The notes under the pieces: model-generated
Seen by the model: the letters and a program-made list of their open reading frames with translations, nothing else
Database searches by the model: none
Told to the model about the DNA's origin: nothing
Made by a program: the position numbers and the translations under genes
Assembly (NCBI RefSeq): GCF_006345805.1
Contig: NW_021833968.1
Location: forward strand, 1 to 53,142
DNA length: 53,142 bases
From: Octopus sinensis
Lineage: Eukaryota
Direction of reading: 5' to 3'
Shown here: piece by piece, positions 36,619 to 50,524 of the stretch
Layout of the letters: the number at the start of each line of letters is the position of its first letter
Position numbering within the stretch: the stretch's first letter is position 1

Positions 36619-37143
36619 ACCAGACACACAGATCCTGAAGACAGCTGATATCTTGAGTACTGAGACAATTGTGCGCAAGCACCAGTTATGTTGGACTGGA
36701 CACCTTATTAGAATGGAGGATAACAGGATCCATGAACAGATGCTATATGGGGAACTTGTTAGTGGAAAGAGACCCTGGCAGAAACCAAGACTGCGATTTG
36801 AGGACTGTGTCAAATCTTCATTAAAAGCCTGTGATATGCTGGAGGCTGACTGGGAGAGCAATGCCTGTCATCGCCACAGATGGAGGAAGCAGGGTAAACA
36901 AGGGGTCAACACCTTTCAGAGAGCACATTGAGAGAATTTAAGTGTGCTTCTCGCAAGTGCAATGCTGGTGTAGTGAATGGGTAAAGCTTGGTTTGCACTG
37001 TTTGCAGTCATGTATGCTTGTCAGGACAAGGCTCATTAGCCACCAACAGAGCCGCAAATGCAAAATATAAGTCAATCTTGCAGCGCACAATGTTCCTAAA
37101 GGTCAGCAAGGTTCTTCCTCGGTCACGAGTGGACGGCCATCAT
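36619..37143 (+). mobile_element. RTE/BovB-like LINE 3' fragment
   Basis: QLCWTGHLIRMEDNRIHEQMLYGELVSGKRPWQKPRLRFEDCVKSSLK, a C-terminal C2H2-like VCTVC..SH, and a short 3' end GGACGGCCATCAT. Confidence 0.92.
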
Positions 37144-37364
37144 GTATGGATGTATATGTGCATGTATGTGTGCATATATGTAAGCTTGTATGTATGCATG
37201 CATTGATGCATGTCTGTCTGTCTGTCTGTCTGTATGTATGTGTGTATGTACGTATGTATATATGTATGTGTGTATGTATGTATGTATGTATGTATGTATG
37301 TAGGTAGGTAGGTAGGTAGATATGTAGGTATATATGCATAAAGAAGATAATTGCTGAAGTTACC

Positions 37365-37435
37365 GCGCATTGGCATTGAACCCGAAACAACGTGGTTGCA
37401 AGGCGAGGTTCTTAACTACACAGCCATTCTTGCGG
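37365..37435 (-). mobile_element. SINE tRNA-head remnant
   Basis: Minus strand reads TGGCTGTGTAGTTAAGAA..TCGGGTTCAATGCC. Confidence 0.55.
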
Positions 37436-37974
37436 AGATAATGATAGATGTGTGTGCATGTGTATGTGGGTGCATGTATGTGTGTATATGTCTATATGCG
37501 ATTGTGTGTAGTCTGTTAACATCTTCGTGCATTTATCGCCGTCGTGGCTATCTTGCTTGTCTTTAAAACCAAAATCAGATGCATCATATATTTATGTGTG
37601 TGTATATGTGTGTGTGTGTTTGTGTGTGTATGTGTGTGTGTTTGTGTGCGTATTTCTGTATATATTTCTATATGTACATTTTGTTTGTATTTGTGTGTGT
37701 GTATGTGTGAGTGTACGTGCGGGTATTTCTGTATATATTTCTATGTACGTTTATATATCTAGGTACGTATATGTGTGTGTGTCAATGTATCTAAATATGT
37801 ATGTATGTATATATACATATGTATGTGTGTGTGTGTGTGTAAGTATGCATATATGTGTACGAGAAAAACGCCCCTCGTCCAACGGACGGTGCTGAGTTGT
37901 CAAACATTTAAACCAAATTTTCTCAAAACAACTTGTCCGACCATCCCATAGGCCTCCCCTTTGAGAAACACTGA

Positions 37975-38192
37975 TTTAACCTAAATTTGCGACACCAGCA
38001 AAAGACGGATTTCGACTGATATACTTGCGCGTACAAATGCACGTTTCCACGGCTTTATCGATCGCATTCTCACCTGGAATCGATTTTTGCCGCCGGTATC
38101 TACATATCAAATATGAGCGCAATCGGATGGAGGATGCCCGAGATCCTAGAAGACACACACATAGACAGACAAAACGGATTTTATATAATAGA
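37975..38192 (-). mobile_element. Non-autonomous Helitron-like 5' end
   Basis: Minus strand reads A|TCTATTATATAAAATCCGTTTTGTCTGTCT..TCCATCCGATTGCGCTCATATTTG. The 5' TC after a host A and the (GTCT)n are typical. No 3' CTAG was found. Confidence 0.6.
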
Positions 38193-38795
38193 TGAGTGTG
38201 TGTATGTGTATGTGTATGTATACGAACAAGTACACTTTTTGGTGTGTGTTTATATGCATATAAATTGTGTTTATAGAAGCACACATACACACACATATGC
38301 GTGTACATGCATGTGAGTATGTGAAACTGTATATGCGTACATGTGTTGAGGTTCGTATGTTGGCCTGAATGTGCTGTTGTGTCTGTATTAGTTTAGCCAA
38401 TGCAGTTCGCCATTAAGTCTTTTTCTAAAAACAATATTCACTTTACACACAATTCATACATAAAAGCATACACGCATACATACATACATACACATACACG
38501 CTCACACACAGATACATACACATACACGTACACGCGCACATATATATTAAACATGCATACACATTTATATACATACATATGAACATATACATACACATCG
38601 ACCATACTTATTGCTCTCATAAATTTGTTTTAGCACCCGAAACGTCACAATGTGACCTAAGAACATCTAATCTAATCTAATCTTTCTCTCTTTCTCCCTC
38701 TCTCTTTTTCTCTTTCTTTTTCTCTCTCTCTCATATACAGTGTCTAATTTCTCTACTTTCACCTATAACCTCTATCTGCCCTCACTCTTTATTTA

Positions 38796-39005
<210 letters not shown>

Positions 39006-39453
39006 ACGAAAGCTATCAATCTCTTCTTTCTTTCACATATTTTCCTTTCAATAGCTTATATTTTTATCTCCATTCCTTTTTTTTTATTTCTCATTTTTTA
39101 TTCTCATTTTTCACTGAATCTTTTCCATTTCCGTTTTACCTCTAACTTTTCTCCATTTTCTTCGCTTTTCTGTTGCGCCTTTGTTCATATTTCAATATTT
39201 TTCTAGTCTTTATTTTTCTGTCTTTCTGTTCCTACTGACCGGCCATTACCGACCTTGAGACGTTTATTTCCTCCCATTATTTAGTCTAATGGACCAGTGT
39301 TTTCCTTTCTCGTTTTATTTCTACTCTAATGTTCCACCACTCATCATTCTATCCAATCTTTAGTCTTCCTTTGTCAACCTAGCTTTTCACGTTATTTTTA
39401 TATTTTATTTTTTTTGTATCGCGTTTTGTTTTTGCTTATACATATACATATAT

Positions 39454-39528
<75 letters not shown>

Positions 39529-40659
39529 TCATACATACATACACACACACACATATATATATATATATACATACACATACACACATATAATCATTTATAT
39601 GTGTGTATATATATATGCATGTTTGTGCATGTGTGTGTGTGTATTTTACTTTATGGCATCTAGTTGTGAATATGTGGAAATATATGTATGGATCTTTCCA
39701 TGTATGGCGGCGATGTGTGGAGGAATATATCGATCCACTGAAATTATAACTGCGAGGTAAAATTAGTGCACTTTCATCCAGGAAGCAGAGTGCCATTCCT
39801 AGTCGGGAGTTTAGGCTTTTACTCTGTGGACCAAACTGCTAACAGTTCCTGTTCCTATCATATACTTGTCACTGGGGCCTCAAAGGCACTTAACCGTTAA
39901 TGGCATCGCGAATGAATAAGCTACCTGGTTCTTGAAGCCGCGAGAAATAGTAACTAAATTTCCCTTAAATCAGGCCTTAATTTCTCAGGAATAGCGTACA
40001 TCGGACAATGCATTTCCGTATGGACATCATCTTGATAAAATAAGAAGAGATAGTCACGGCTAGAATGCTCTCAGTCGTAAGTCAATTCAGCCTCTGGGTT
40101 GACCGAATTCTAAGCAATTATCACAGCGCCTCAATGGACGAGCTTATTGCATTAGATACTACGAAGAACTGTAGTTTTGCTCCTTGTCTATAGTGTTGCT
40201 ATACGAGACTTACGAAATTTCTGGCTGACTGTGTTATATTGAAACCGGTGTTGCATTCTACAGGAAGAAAGTCTTTGAAACAGATTAATCCGTGTTAAAT
40301 GTGAGGAAACGTCTAATTCATATTTCGTCAACTGCATATAATGCTTTTTCTCAAGTAGGAGAAAGTGTACCAAAAAACCCTGTTTCTTCAGGGGTCACTC
40401 TCAATATCATAAAACAGGAAATGTTGCAGCTGGCCGAACCGATAGGATACGGGACGTCCATCTAAGGGGCCGTTATTTTGAATTCTGTCCCATAATCGCG
40501 TTGTGTTCGTTGCTAATGCGCTTAGCTATCACAAGAGGTAAATAGCATATAAATAGCAACCATTCACTACAGTCTTTCTTTATTGCTATTTAATCTCAGA
40601 TCAGCCTGGTCAAGTAGATCTGTGATCAAACGCATTCCATATTACGCATCTGTATATCT

Positions 40660-40953
40660 TGTGAAGATGCATGACAAAATGATTAGAGTACTCGCCCCAC
40701 GATCGTAATCTCCCGAATTCTATTCCAAGCGTCCACGTTGCTCCCGTCCACTCAGCTGGCAAAAATGAGTCGCACGTGTATTTCAAAGGGCCAGCCTTGC
40801 CATATTCTTTGTCACACTGAATCTCCCTGAGAACTACATTAAGGGTACTCGTGTTTGTGGAGTGTTCAGTCACTTGCACTTTACTTTCACGAGTTGGCTG
40901 TTACGCTGAGCAAATGAACTGGAACATTCTTCGTCGTAACCGATGGCGTGCCA
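40660..40953 (+). mobile_element. SINE related to family 2 with a different central module
   Basis: Decayed tRNA head, then GTCCACTCAGCTGGCAAAAATGAGT, then the shared 3' part TGTATTTCAAAG..GAGAACTACATTAAGGGTAC..CGTCGTAACCGA. Confidence 0.8.
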
Positions 40954-41651
40954 GCCTTTTTGTTTTGTATATCTAGGAGTGCGTTCTTTTAATGGGCACT
41001 TATTGTTCTTAGACGGCACGAAGTACTGGCGGTAAGCAGCGGCAGGAATAAATATAGTTTTGAAGTGTGACTCTTCAATTGGTGAGTGCAGCTTGGGGAT
41101 GTGTTGACTGAATTTCAAATTGAATTTCTCTCAAAGAAACACTTCACCAAAATGGGGTCTACTTTCCTATTTCTATGTGGAGTTTCCACAGAGGATAGAC
41201 CGAGCAGCACTAAAAAAAAAAACAAAAAAACAAAAAACAAAAACAAAAGCAAAAAAAACAACAAAAACAAAACAAAAAACAACAAAAACAAAACGAAACA
41301 CAACAAAAGCAAAAAAAAAACAACCTTACCCCATGTATTTCTTCCTTGAATCTGTTGCCGACATTATATCTATAAACTGGTCAAGAGGTCTGCATTATTC
41401 AATACTTAATCTTTATTCATGATCAAGGGTTTAATAATGTATTGTGATTGATTGATTGATTGATTGATTAAGTAAGTGATTAATTAATTAAACGAGATAA
41501 TTGAATATTTTTTCGCAAGTGATTGACATTTCTTCTTGCTGATATCTTCTTCAATAGGAAACAAACTGAAGTGCTTGCAAACGAGAACAGACAACATACA
41601 TACATACATACATACATACATACATACATACATACATACGTACATACATAC

Positions 41652-42043
41652 ATACTGAAGCATGATGTTGTAGCTAGGACACGCTATAATGAAATCCGTC
41701 GGAAGGATAATCCCAAGGACAAAGAAATAAGAACTCACAGTATGGTAGAAGCCATAGCCACTCATAATAAAAAGGAATACGGGTGGAATGTTCCAGTGAA
41801 GACCTCAATAAAATGTAAGCAAACAGACCTGATATAATGATTTGGGATAAGAAGGGAAACTGTGCACAGTTGTGGAAATTAGCTGCCCAACGGATGTTAA
41901 CATAAAGATGAAGATCAGTGAAAAAGAGAATACCTATGCTGGTCTATTGAGAAATCTGCCGTTACTCTATCCAGATTACAAGTTCAGGTTTATACCTGTA
42001 ATGATTGCGGCCCTGTGATATGAAACACACTGCTTAAATACCA
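41652..42043 (+). mobile_element. CATA-family RLE LINE endonuclease fragment
   Basis: Starts directly after (CATA)n. Translates KHDVVAR..KKEYGWNVPVKTS../RPDIMIWD../VVEISCPTDVNI..EKENTY..LLYPDYKFRFIPVMI. Overlaps the 22057 copy in sequence. Confidence 0.9.
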
Positions 42044-42328
42044 GGCACGTGTATTTCAAAGGGCCAGCTGGGGAAATTGCCAGTGAAGATGTCCTGCGAA
42101 AATTGAAGGAGCACGGAATCCGAATCAAACTGTTTTGAATAATAAATGTAACTCCTAATAAATGTGTTGAGTGCCCTTTTCTTTCATTCGCCCACCCACT
42201 CTTGTACACACACACTCACGCACACACTCACGCACACACTCACACACACTCACACACTCACACATATACACACACTCACACACTCACACATACACTCATC
42301 CACACACACACACACACACTCACACACA

Positions 42329-42362
<34 letters not shown>

Positions 42363-42389
42363 CTCTCTCTCTCACACACACACACAAGT

Positions 42390-43137
42390 AATGCTTATCA
42401 CCACTTCAACATGACTGTTCCGTAGGAACCGAATTTACTACCATTTTCAAATCCTGAAGGACGTCTCCTGCTGCTGGTTATCGATTCAATCTGCACCCGA
42501 TATATATTGCAAGCAGAGGAGCGAACCCCTACCATCTTTTAGCAATGATGGGACCATAGTGATCAACCTCAGTGGTGGAAAGCTGTACGCTAGAGATAGC
42601 AGTAGTTCGCGCCAGCTCGCAATATATAGAAAAATAAGTAACAACGTATTATTTCCTATTCCAAAAATCAGTGAATGTATTTCACTTGAAATATATATGC
42701 TTTCAAAGGCGAATAAGCATCGACAGCTACCAAGCCATGCTACTCCAGACTGATGATGAGCAATGACTCTGAAACTAGTCTCTGGGTGCTGGCTTTGCTG
42801 GGTGGAGGTGCTTGTCTACACCTTGAAAACATAAAGGACACAGGAAATATGTCAAGTCCAACAGGAAACGGTGTTTCCTAGGGCTAAGTAACAGTAGCAT
42901 TCTTCCCTTTCATGAGACTGTCACATTAAGTTGACAACATACTATCACTTTATCATACTGCTACTGCATAAATCCCTCAGAGATTTAGAAATGTACTATT
43001 TCTAAGTAACAACCAGTTAGTTAGAAAATCTCTAGTAAAGATAAAAATAGTAACTATACTGAGGAGTGATGGAGTTAAAGACGGTTGTAACGTCGGTTCC
43101 TACGGAACGACTATATTGAAGTGTGGCGATAAACATT
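42390..43137. mobile_element. ~750-bp element bounded by ~55-bp imperfect inverted repeats, with an internal hammerhead
   Basis: GTTCCGTAGGAACCGA (42417-42432) pairs with TCGGTTCCTACGGAAC (43093-43108); similarity extends to both ends. Confidence 0.7.
42745..42785 (+). ncRNA. Minimal type I hammerhead, near-intact
   Basis: CCAGA-CTGATGA-TGAG-CAATGA-CTCT-GAAAC-TA-GTC-TCTGG. Stem I is perfect, stem III is the palindrome ACTAGT, and there is a T/T mismatch at the base of stem II. Confidence 0.78.
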
Positions 43138-43149
43138 TTTCTTCTGATA

Positions 43150-46100
43150 GAACTTTCTTCATTTTAGAAAAATGAGTTGCTCGCTGGGTCTGTGAGCACC
43201 TATTGTTTATTAGAAAATAGTTGCGTTAACAGAATTTATTAAAAAACACTAGTGTTCTTAACCGAACTTTTAATTTTCTGAGACAATTCCCTGTTAGACC
43301 GTCATTTGGTTTGTTGGCAGACCTTTGTTGTATTAGCAGAAATATAGAACCTTTGCTCGTAGAACATTTTGCGTTGAAATAAGTAGGTTCTCTTGCTACT
43401 TATTTCACTTTTTGCAGATCATTGTTTTGCTGCAGACATTTATATCATAGCAGGTCGACTGGCTCTTTAGCATATATGTTCGTTGAGTTATTATAATTTT
43501 ACAGTGTTTGAAGAACATTTTGAATTAAAAGACATTTGCTTTGTCAGAATTTTCCCTATTTTCCCTATTAGAAAGGCTTTAATATTTTGGTCGAAAGATA
43601 TTTGTTAAGTGAACGTAGTTTGGTTAGCATAAATCTGTGTTTAAGCTGATCTTTGCTCTCTTAGCACCTCTTTTGTAGTTTTAGCAGACCTTTGCGGTAT
43701 TAGATCTTTTTGTATTAAGACCTTACTTATATTCGTTGACATTCTCTGTTCTTATCTTCTTTTTTATTGTGTTACCAGAACTTACATTTTGTAACAGGGA
43801 TTTATACTTTTAGAAATCCTTTGTTATTTGATCCCCCATTTATTTAGCAGACTGTCGTGTTAAGGAAATTCTTTTGTAAAATGATCCTTGTTTTATGAAC
43901 AAGTACTTACCTTGTTGGCAGACTTATGATATTCTGGCAAACTTTTGCCTGATAGCATTTCATTGGATTTGTGAGAATTTTGCTCTTTCAGCTCCATGTA
44001 TATTTAATCAGAAAATCTTTGTTGCGTTATCTAATATTTTTACTTTTTGGAGACCTTGCATTTTCGTGATAGAATTTTCTGTGAGCATTTTATTTGATTT
44101 GTTAGCAGTTTTTTTTTCTCATTTAACAGTAGTTTCTATGCTAGAAGGCATTTGTTTTGGTAACGGAACTTCTTGTTTTAAAAGACATTTGTTTCTTTAG
44201 CTGTAATTTGTTTATTAGCAGACCTTTTCTCTTTTTCTCTTGCTCTTGCCCCACGGCATGTACAGTTATGCAACTCTTCCCGCCCCCGTTTAAGAGTTAA
44301 AGACCATAGTTTTGTTAGCAGAAATATTCCCTGTTCTCAAAAACTTTTCTCTGTTAACAGAACTTTCTATTGTTTGCACACCTTTGTTGTGCTCGCAGGC
44401 CTTTGTTCTGTGAGCAACTGCTTTGTTTTTTTCAGCAGACGCATGTTAAGTTAGTAAGAATTTGCTGTGTTAGAAGAAGTTTTCGTGTAAAAAAAAAACA
44501 AACAAAAAACAAAACAAAAAAAGGATGTTAGCACTTCCTTTAGTCTCCTAGAAGCACTTCCTTTATTTTCTTTGTTTTGTTGTCAGAGCTTTGTTGTTTT
44601 AGGAGAAAATTTTGTGATGAAAGACCGTTGATATACAAGCATAAAGTTGTGTTTTTTGCTGAAATCTATTCTGTTAGTACCTCCTTCATTTTGGTGCCAG
44701 ACCTTCGTTGTGTTAGAGGAGTGTTTTGGGTTACCAGATATTTGCTCTGTTAGCACGTTTGTTTATTTTTTTAGAAAACTTTCGTTGTATTTGCAGAGTT
44801 TCAGTAAAGCGGAACTCTTTTTTTTTTATTAAACGATATTTGCTCTTTGAATACTCTCTATATTTTTAAGTAGACCTTTAAAATGTTAACAGAGCTCTGT
44901 TGTGTTAGAATATTTGTATCAAAAGAACTTTGCTCTTTCACCATTTGTTATGTGTTCTTGCAGACCTATACTGTAATAGAACTGTTTGTCTAAAAATCTT
45001 TATTCAGCAGATATTTTCTCCGTTCTTGCCTCTTTTTTGTGTTAACAGAACTTTCTGTTGTTAAGAAACCTTTGCTGTGCCAGCAGTCTTTTACTCTATT
45101 AGAACCTCATTTCTTTTTTCAGCAGACCATTTTTGCATTGGCAAATTTTTGATTTCATGTTTTGGAACAAGGCCAGCAATTTTCAAGGGAGGTAGTAAGT
45201 CAGCTATATCGACCCCAGTGTCCACCTGGTACTTATTTCCTCGACCCCGAAAGGATGAAAGGTAAAGTCGATCTCGGCGGAATTTGAACCCAGAACGTAA
45301 AAACGGACGAAATACCGCTAAGCATATTACCCGGGGTGCTCACGATTCTACTAGCTCGCCGTCTTAAAGAACTTTGTTATAATAGCAAAATAGCAATCGT
45401 TTTTATTGTTAGCAGATCTTTGATTTTTTGACAGACTATGTGCTATTAGCACCTTATTATTTTGTTAGCAAATCTTTACTCTGTGAACAGAACTTTTTGC
45501 GTTAAAACACCATTGTTTTGCTAGCAGATGACTTTTTTTTCTTCATAGCTGTTTGTATTCGTAGCATATGTCTTGTTTTTCAGCACAAATTTGATGAGTT
45601 AGTACGAGCTTTTCTGTGTTAGGAGGACGTTTTATGCGAAAACACCTTTTGCTCACTTAGCACCTTCGTTATTCTATCAGAAAACATCATTGTCTTAGTA
45701 GGACTCTGTTGTGTTAGCAGGAAATTTTGTTTTAAAAGACCCTTATTTTGTGAGCATAAATTTATGTTTTTTGCAGGATTTTAACTCTGCACGTCTTTTC
45801 TTTTTGTGGTATATCTTTGCTGTATTAGACAACCATTTGCTTTTGAAAGAACTTTGCTTTGTTAGCATCTCATTTATTTCCTTATAATTCATGTATTAGC
45901 GGAGTTTCGTTTTGTTTGAGGAAATGATTTCGTTAAATGACCTTTATTTATTTAGCATACGTTTGTGCCTTCCGCCGGTGTTTGTTGCTTTAATGTCTTT
46001 GCCTTGTTAGCAGACGTTTGTTGAAAGGCCTTACATCTGTTGGTGGACATTTTCTCTGTTTTCTCCACATCTTTCCTCTTAAACGAATTTCCTTTTGTTA

Positions 46101-46480
46101 CAAAACCTTTGTCGTATCAGCAGTCTTTTTCTCATACGGATTCAATTTTCTTAGCAAACCATTGTTACGTTAGCAAATATTGTTTGTTAAAAAACCATAA
46201 TTTTTTAGCAAATATTTTATTTTGTCAGATTTCGCTCTGTTAGCTCCTGATTTGTTTAGTTAGCAGTCTTCCCGTGCGTTAGCAGAAATTTTAGTTTTAA
46301 AAGGTATGTCATTTATTAGCAGCAAAATTCATTTTGAAAGAGCTTCGTTTATTTAGCATAGCAGCAGTTTTGTCAGGTCTTTGCCCTGTTAGCAGCTATT
46401 CTTTTGTTAGCAGTACGTTGCTGCGCTAGAAAAAAATTTGTTCTTAAAATCTGTTTTGCAAGCAGACCTTTAACTTTCGA
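43150..46480 (+). repeat. Decayed ~19-bp tandem satellite (consensus ~TTAGCAGACCTTTGTTTTG)
   Basis: TTAGCA-like anchors at 45409, 45428, 45446, 45465, 45484, 45502 and 45521, and at 43661, 43681 and 43700. Strong T skew. Confidence 0.82.
45150..45361 (-). mobile_element. tRNA-derived SINE family 3 (Nin-domain-like)
   Basis: Minus strand has GGCGAGCTAGTAGAATCG, B box GGTTCAAATTCC and CCTTTCATCCTTTCGGGGTCGAGGAAATAAGTACCAG. It interrupts the satellite. Confidence 0.85.
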
Positions 46481-46868
46481 AAAAATAGCACCATTCTAAA
46501 ATGGAACTCTAAAGCGGACAGGTTTGAAATAAAGTAAGAAAATGTAGCCAAAGCCATGGGCGAAACTGTAAAGCAAATAAGATCAGAAAAAGAAATATCT
46601 CTGAGTTAAACTCGCCTTTCAACGTAAAGCTAAAGACGAATGTAACACGAACAACATTCAAACAGAAATCATTATTAAGAGACGATAGGTAGCACAAGGT
46701 ATTTACTAGGAAAGAAGCTAAAAACACGTCAGACGTAATAAGTGAAAATAAGAGATTGAAATTCTGAAAGATAGAGAATAAAACTGTTTGTAAGAAGTAA
46801 CAGGAAGAGAATGTTAGAAAGCGGAGAAGTGAAAGAGAAAGCAAAACAATGATAAAAGACGACGACAG

Positions 46869-46951
<83 letters not shown>

Positions 46952-46966
46952 TATAGTTAGATTGAT

Positions 46967-47000
<34 letters not shown>

Positions 47001-47629
47001 ATGAAAATAGGCTGAAGAAGGGCTTGATGAGAAATTAGAAGTAAATAGATAGGGAGGAAAACTAGAAAAGAAAAAGCAAAGCCATTCTGAGATGAAAGGA
47101 AAGCCAATTGAGATGGAATTTGCCAGAAACGGTAAAATATTGAGTAAATGTCAAAGTTGAAAGTCAAAGTGAGAATGTCCGATGAATTTCTCTTCTTTAT
47201 CTCACTTTGTCCTTTTCCATCCTCAGCCTTTCCCACTTTCTCTACGTAATACATACACATGCACACACACACAAACATACATATAGAGACACACACATAT
47301 ATAGAGTGATACACGTACAGACACCCACATATACAGATGCACACACATACAGAAAACTATACAAGCACACACGCATGCGGCCATGAATACCGGTGTACAC
47401 ATATGCACACAATGACATATACAGACATATGCAGACACACGCACATACACACGCATAAGCGGGCATATACACACATATAAAGACACACAGACACACACAC
47501 ACACACATTCTTACTTGTCTTCCTCTCATCTCTCTCGCCTTTTCATTCTCCATTTCAGATTACATTTTCAGATTACATTTTCTTTCTTACTTTCTCACTT
47601 CTTCATCTTACTCTCAATTAACCTTGCAC

Positions 47630-47643
47630 TTTCTTTCATTTTT

Positions 47644-47675
<32 letters not shown>

Positions 47676-47835
47676 TCCTTCTTTTTTTTTTCTTTCTTTC
47701 TTTCCTTCTTTCTTTCCTTCTTTCTTTCTTTCTTTTGTATTTCCTTCTTTCTTTTTCTTCTTTCCTTCTTTCTTTCTTTCTTTCTTTCTTTCTATCCTTC
47801 TTTCTTTCCTTTGTTTCTTTTTTTCTTTCTTTGTT
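47630..47835. repeat. (CTTT/CCTT)n pyrimidine tract
   Basis: Visible repeat. Confidence 0.95.
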
Positions 47836-48067
47836 TGTCTGTCTTATTCCTCTGCACTCTTCAATCCTCTCCTTTAAGTCTGTCTTTTCATCTTCTTTCC
47901 CACCCTCTACCACCCCCCCTCTCTCTCTCTCTCTCTCTCTCCCAGACGTGCTCTTTCTCAACTTCTCTCAACTCACCTCCTGTGTACCATGCCAACTTAG
48001 CAGTTTCACGATCTCTTTCCCTTTCTCCATCATATTTCGTAGGATCTCATAAACCCGCACACACGCG

Positions 48068-48116
<49 letters not shown>

Positions 48117-48516
48117 CCAAATCGAACATTAATAATAACAAAAACAACAAAGGCACGTACGCGCAAATAAAATAATACTTGTGTCAGTTACTTATGATTT
48201 CGTTACCTTCGTCGCTTTATCGTTTTCTATTTATTCTACCGATTGGTCTACAGACTCTGTCCGTCTTGTTTCACTGATATCATTCTGTCTTTCGTGTCTG
48301 CTCACCTTTCCCAGCAGCGTTTTTGCTTTTGATGCCATCAAAATGAACGACCTTACCCATAATGGTGCGCAATTTGGTCAACGACAACTGATGAGGGATG
48401 TGCGTGTTTTTCAATCTGTTTTTTTCTCGTCCTACTATACACCATACATACATACATGCATACATACATACATACATACATACATACATACATACATACA
48501 TACATACATACATACA

Positions 48517-48549
<33 letters not shown>

Positions 48550-48879
48550 GCTTGTACAGATGAGTTATGTTTCATCTTCCGTGATGTTATACATGTATAT
48601 TCTATGATTAAATGTTCGAGATATGAAATGTTACGTGGATGATCTTGTATTTGTTTGTTCTGCAACCATAGTTTGATACATACATATATACATACATATA
48701 TTACATACATATATACATACATACATACATAAATACATACATCTATACATACATCTATACATACATACATACATACATACATACATACATACATACATAC
48801 ATACATACGCACATACATACATATATAAATCTTCACATGCACTAACTTCATATATTGCATATATACACACATACATGCA

Positions 48880-48987
48880 CAAATGCCTTCTTGATGTTGA
48901 AATTCCAGTGAAGGAACCTTGGATCTAGGTTAGAAACCGGCTCTTTCTCTATTGGCAAGAAATCTTGAAATAAACTGAATAATGACA
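48880..48987 (+). mobile_element. 3'-terminal piece of the CATA-family RLE LINE
   Basis: CTTGGATCTAGGTTAGAAACCGGCTCTTTCTCTATTGGCAAGAAATCTTGAAATAAACTGAATAATGA-(CATA)n. Confidence 0.87.
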
Positions 48988-49041
48988 TACATACATATAC
49001 ATACATACGTACATGCATACTTACATACGTACGTACATACA

Positions 49042-49073
<32 letters not shown>

Positions 49074-49600
49074 CATACATATACACATGTGTGTATAAAT
49101 AATAAAAATAAATAATAACCCAAATAAAACATTAATAAAAGCGCGAAACTTGTGGCTCCATAGATCATTAATTAGGATCTGGAAGATATTTCGTGATATC
49201 CCTATACATGGTTAAATTAAAATTTCTCTTAAAAATAATTTATGCGTTTAAATAGGTAATTTGCTAAACTACAAACGTAATTCGAAGGAAAAGAATAAAA
49301 AACGAAAGCTCGAAGCAAGACATCCGTTTCATGAATTTCTTCCCGACTGCAATTATTTTCCATCTGTAATACATGTCTTGCTTTATAATAATATGCTTAA
49401 TTAACATATCTCAGGTTATGCCATTATTGTGATTTCTAAAAAGAACGAAATAGTGCTAAACGCCATAACCACTGATCAGAAATATTAAGAACATCGTAAT
49501 AAGCAGAGGAAAAAAAAAGGTATATGTCATTTCTATATATCTCTTGATCCGTCTTCTTTCTTCCGTGATCATTAATTCAAAGTTCTTGTCCTACTAAATA

Positions 49601-49777
49601 GGCGCAGACATGGCTGCGAAATGGCGTTGGCGTGTCTGTGTGTCAGTAATTTTGCCTTCCAACTATATTGTTCCGGATTCAATCCCACAGCGTAGCACCT
49701 TGGTCAAGTTCCTTCTCCTATGGCCTCGGTTCAACCAAAAGCTTGCGAGTGGATTTGGTAGACGGAAACTAAAAGTG
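49601..49777 (+). mobile_element. SINE family 1, 5' half
   Basis: GGCGCAGACATGGCTG..GCACCTTGGTCAAGT..GTGGATTTGGTAGACGGAAAC, followed by (TATC)n/(TACC)n to 50005. Confidence 0.85.
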
Positions 49778-49778
49778 G

Positions 49779-49882
<104 letters not shown>

Positions 49883-49962
49883 CCTACCTATAACCTACCT
49901 ACCTACCTACCTACCTACCTACCTACCTACCTACCTACCTACCTACCTACCTACCTACCTAC

Positions 49963-50006
<44 letters not shown>

Positions 50007-50524
50007 ACACTACTCAGTCAACCATGTGTGTGTGTGTGTGTGCTTGAAATGATGACAAAGTGCTGTCAAAACAGGTCAATTTAAAAATCAGTCCTAGTCA
50101 GTTGTAATGCAGAGATTAGTTCAAGCCTTAGTTTCCCCAGATATTACTGATCCATCCATGTATTTCTCACTTTCTATTTCCCTGTCTACCTCTTTCTCTG
50201 TCTGTTTGCAATTTTCTCTTTATCTCTCGCTCTCTGTCTACGGTTACATGCACTCACATGCGTAGTCTCGCCCAAAATAGATGCGATTACCAACATCCTA
50301 AATCAGATAGACGATGCAAAGACGGATAGAAAAAAACAGAAAATGACGGCCAGGAAAAAACAAGGACGGATTATTCGTGGCTTTCTATCCTCAGTCAAGT
50401 TTCCTGATTATCCTTACAGTTTCGGCTGGTTACACTTCAGACTATTCAAATCTGGCTGGCCTCCAAAATATAAGCTAATAGCATTAAATATTTTGGAAGA
50501 AAGCAAGCGAATGCGTACGACTTA

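Noticed and set aside
36041-36931. 296-aa ORF as a host fusion gene
   Set aside because: It is a (TATG)n tract read in frame by chance into an RTE LINE fragment.
44220-44300. piggyBac-like terminus (..TTAAGAGTTAA) interrupting the satellite
   Set aside because: Only one short putative end; no partner TIR or TSD found.
43150-46480. CRISPR array or repetitive-protein exon
   Set aside because: The units are contiguous and highly degenerate, with no spacers, no cas genes and no long ORF, in a eukaryotic context.
48385-48420. CTGATGAG motif
   Set aside because: No downstream stem II or GAAA.
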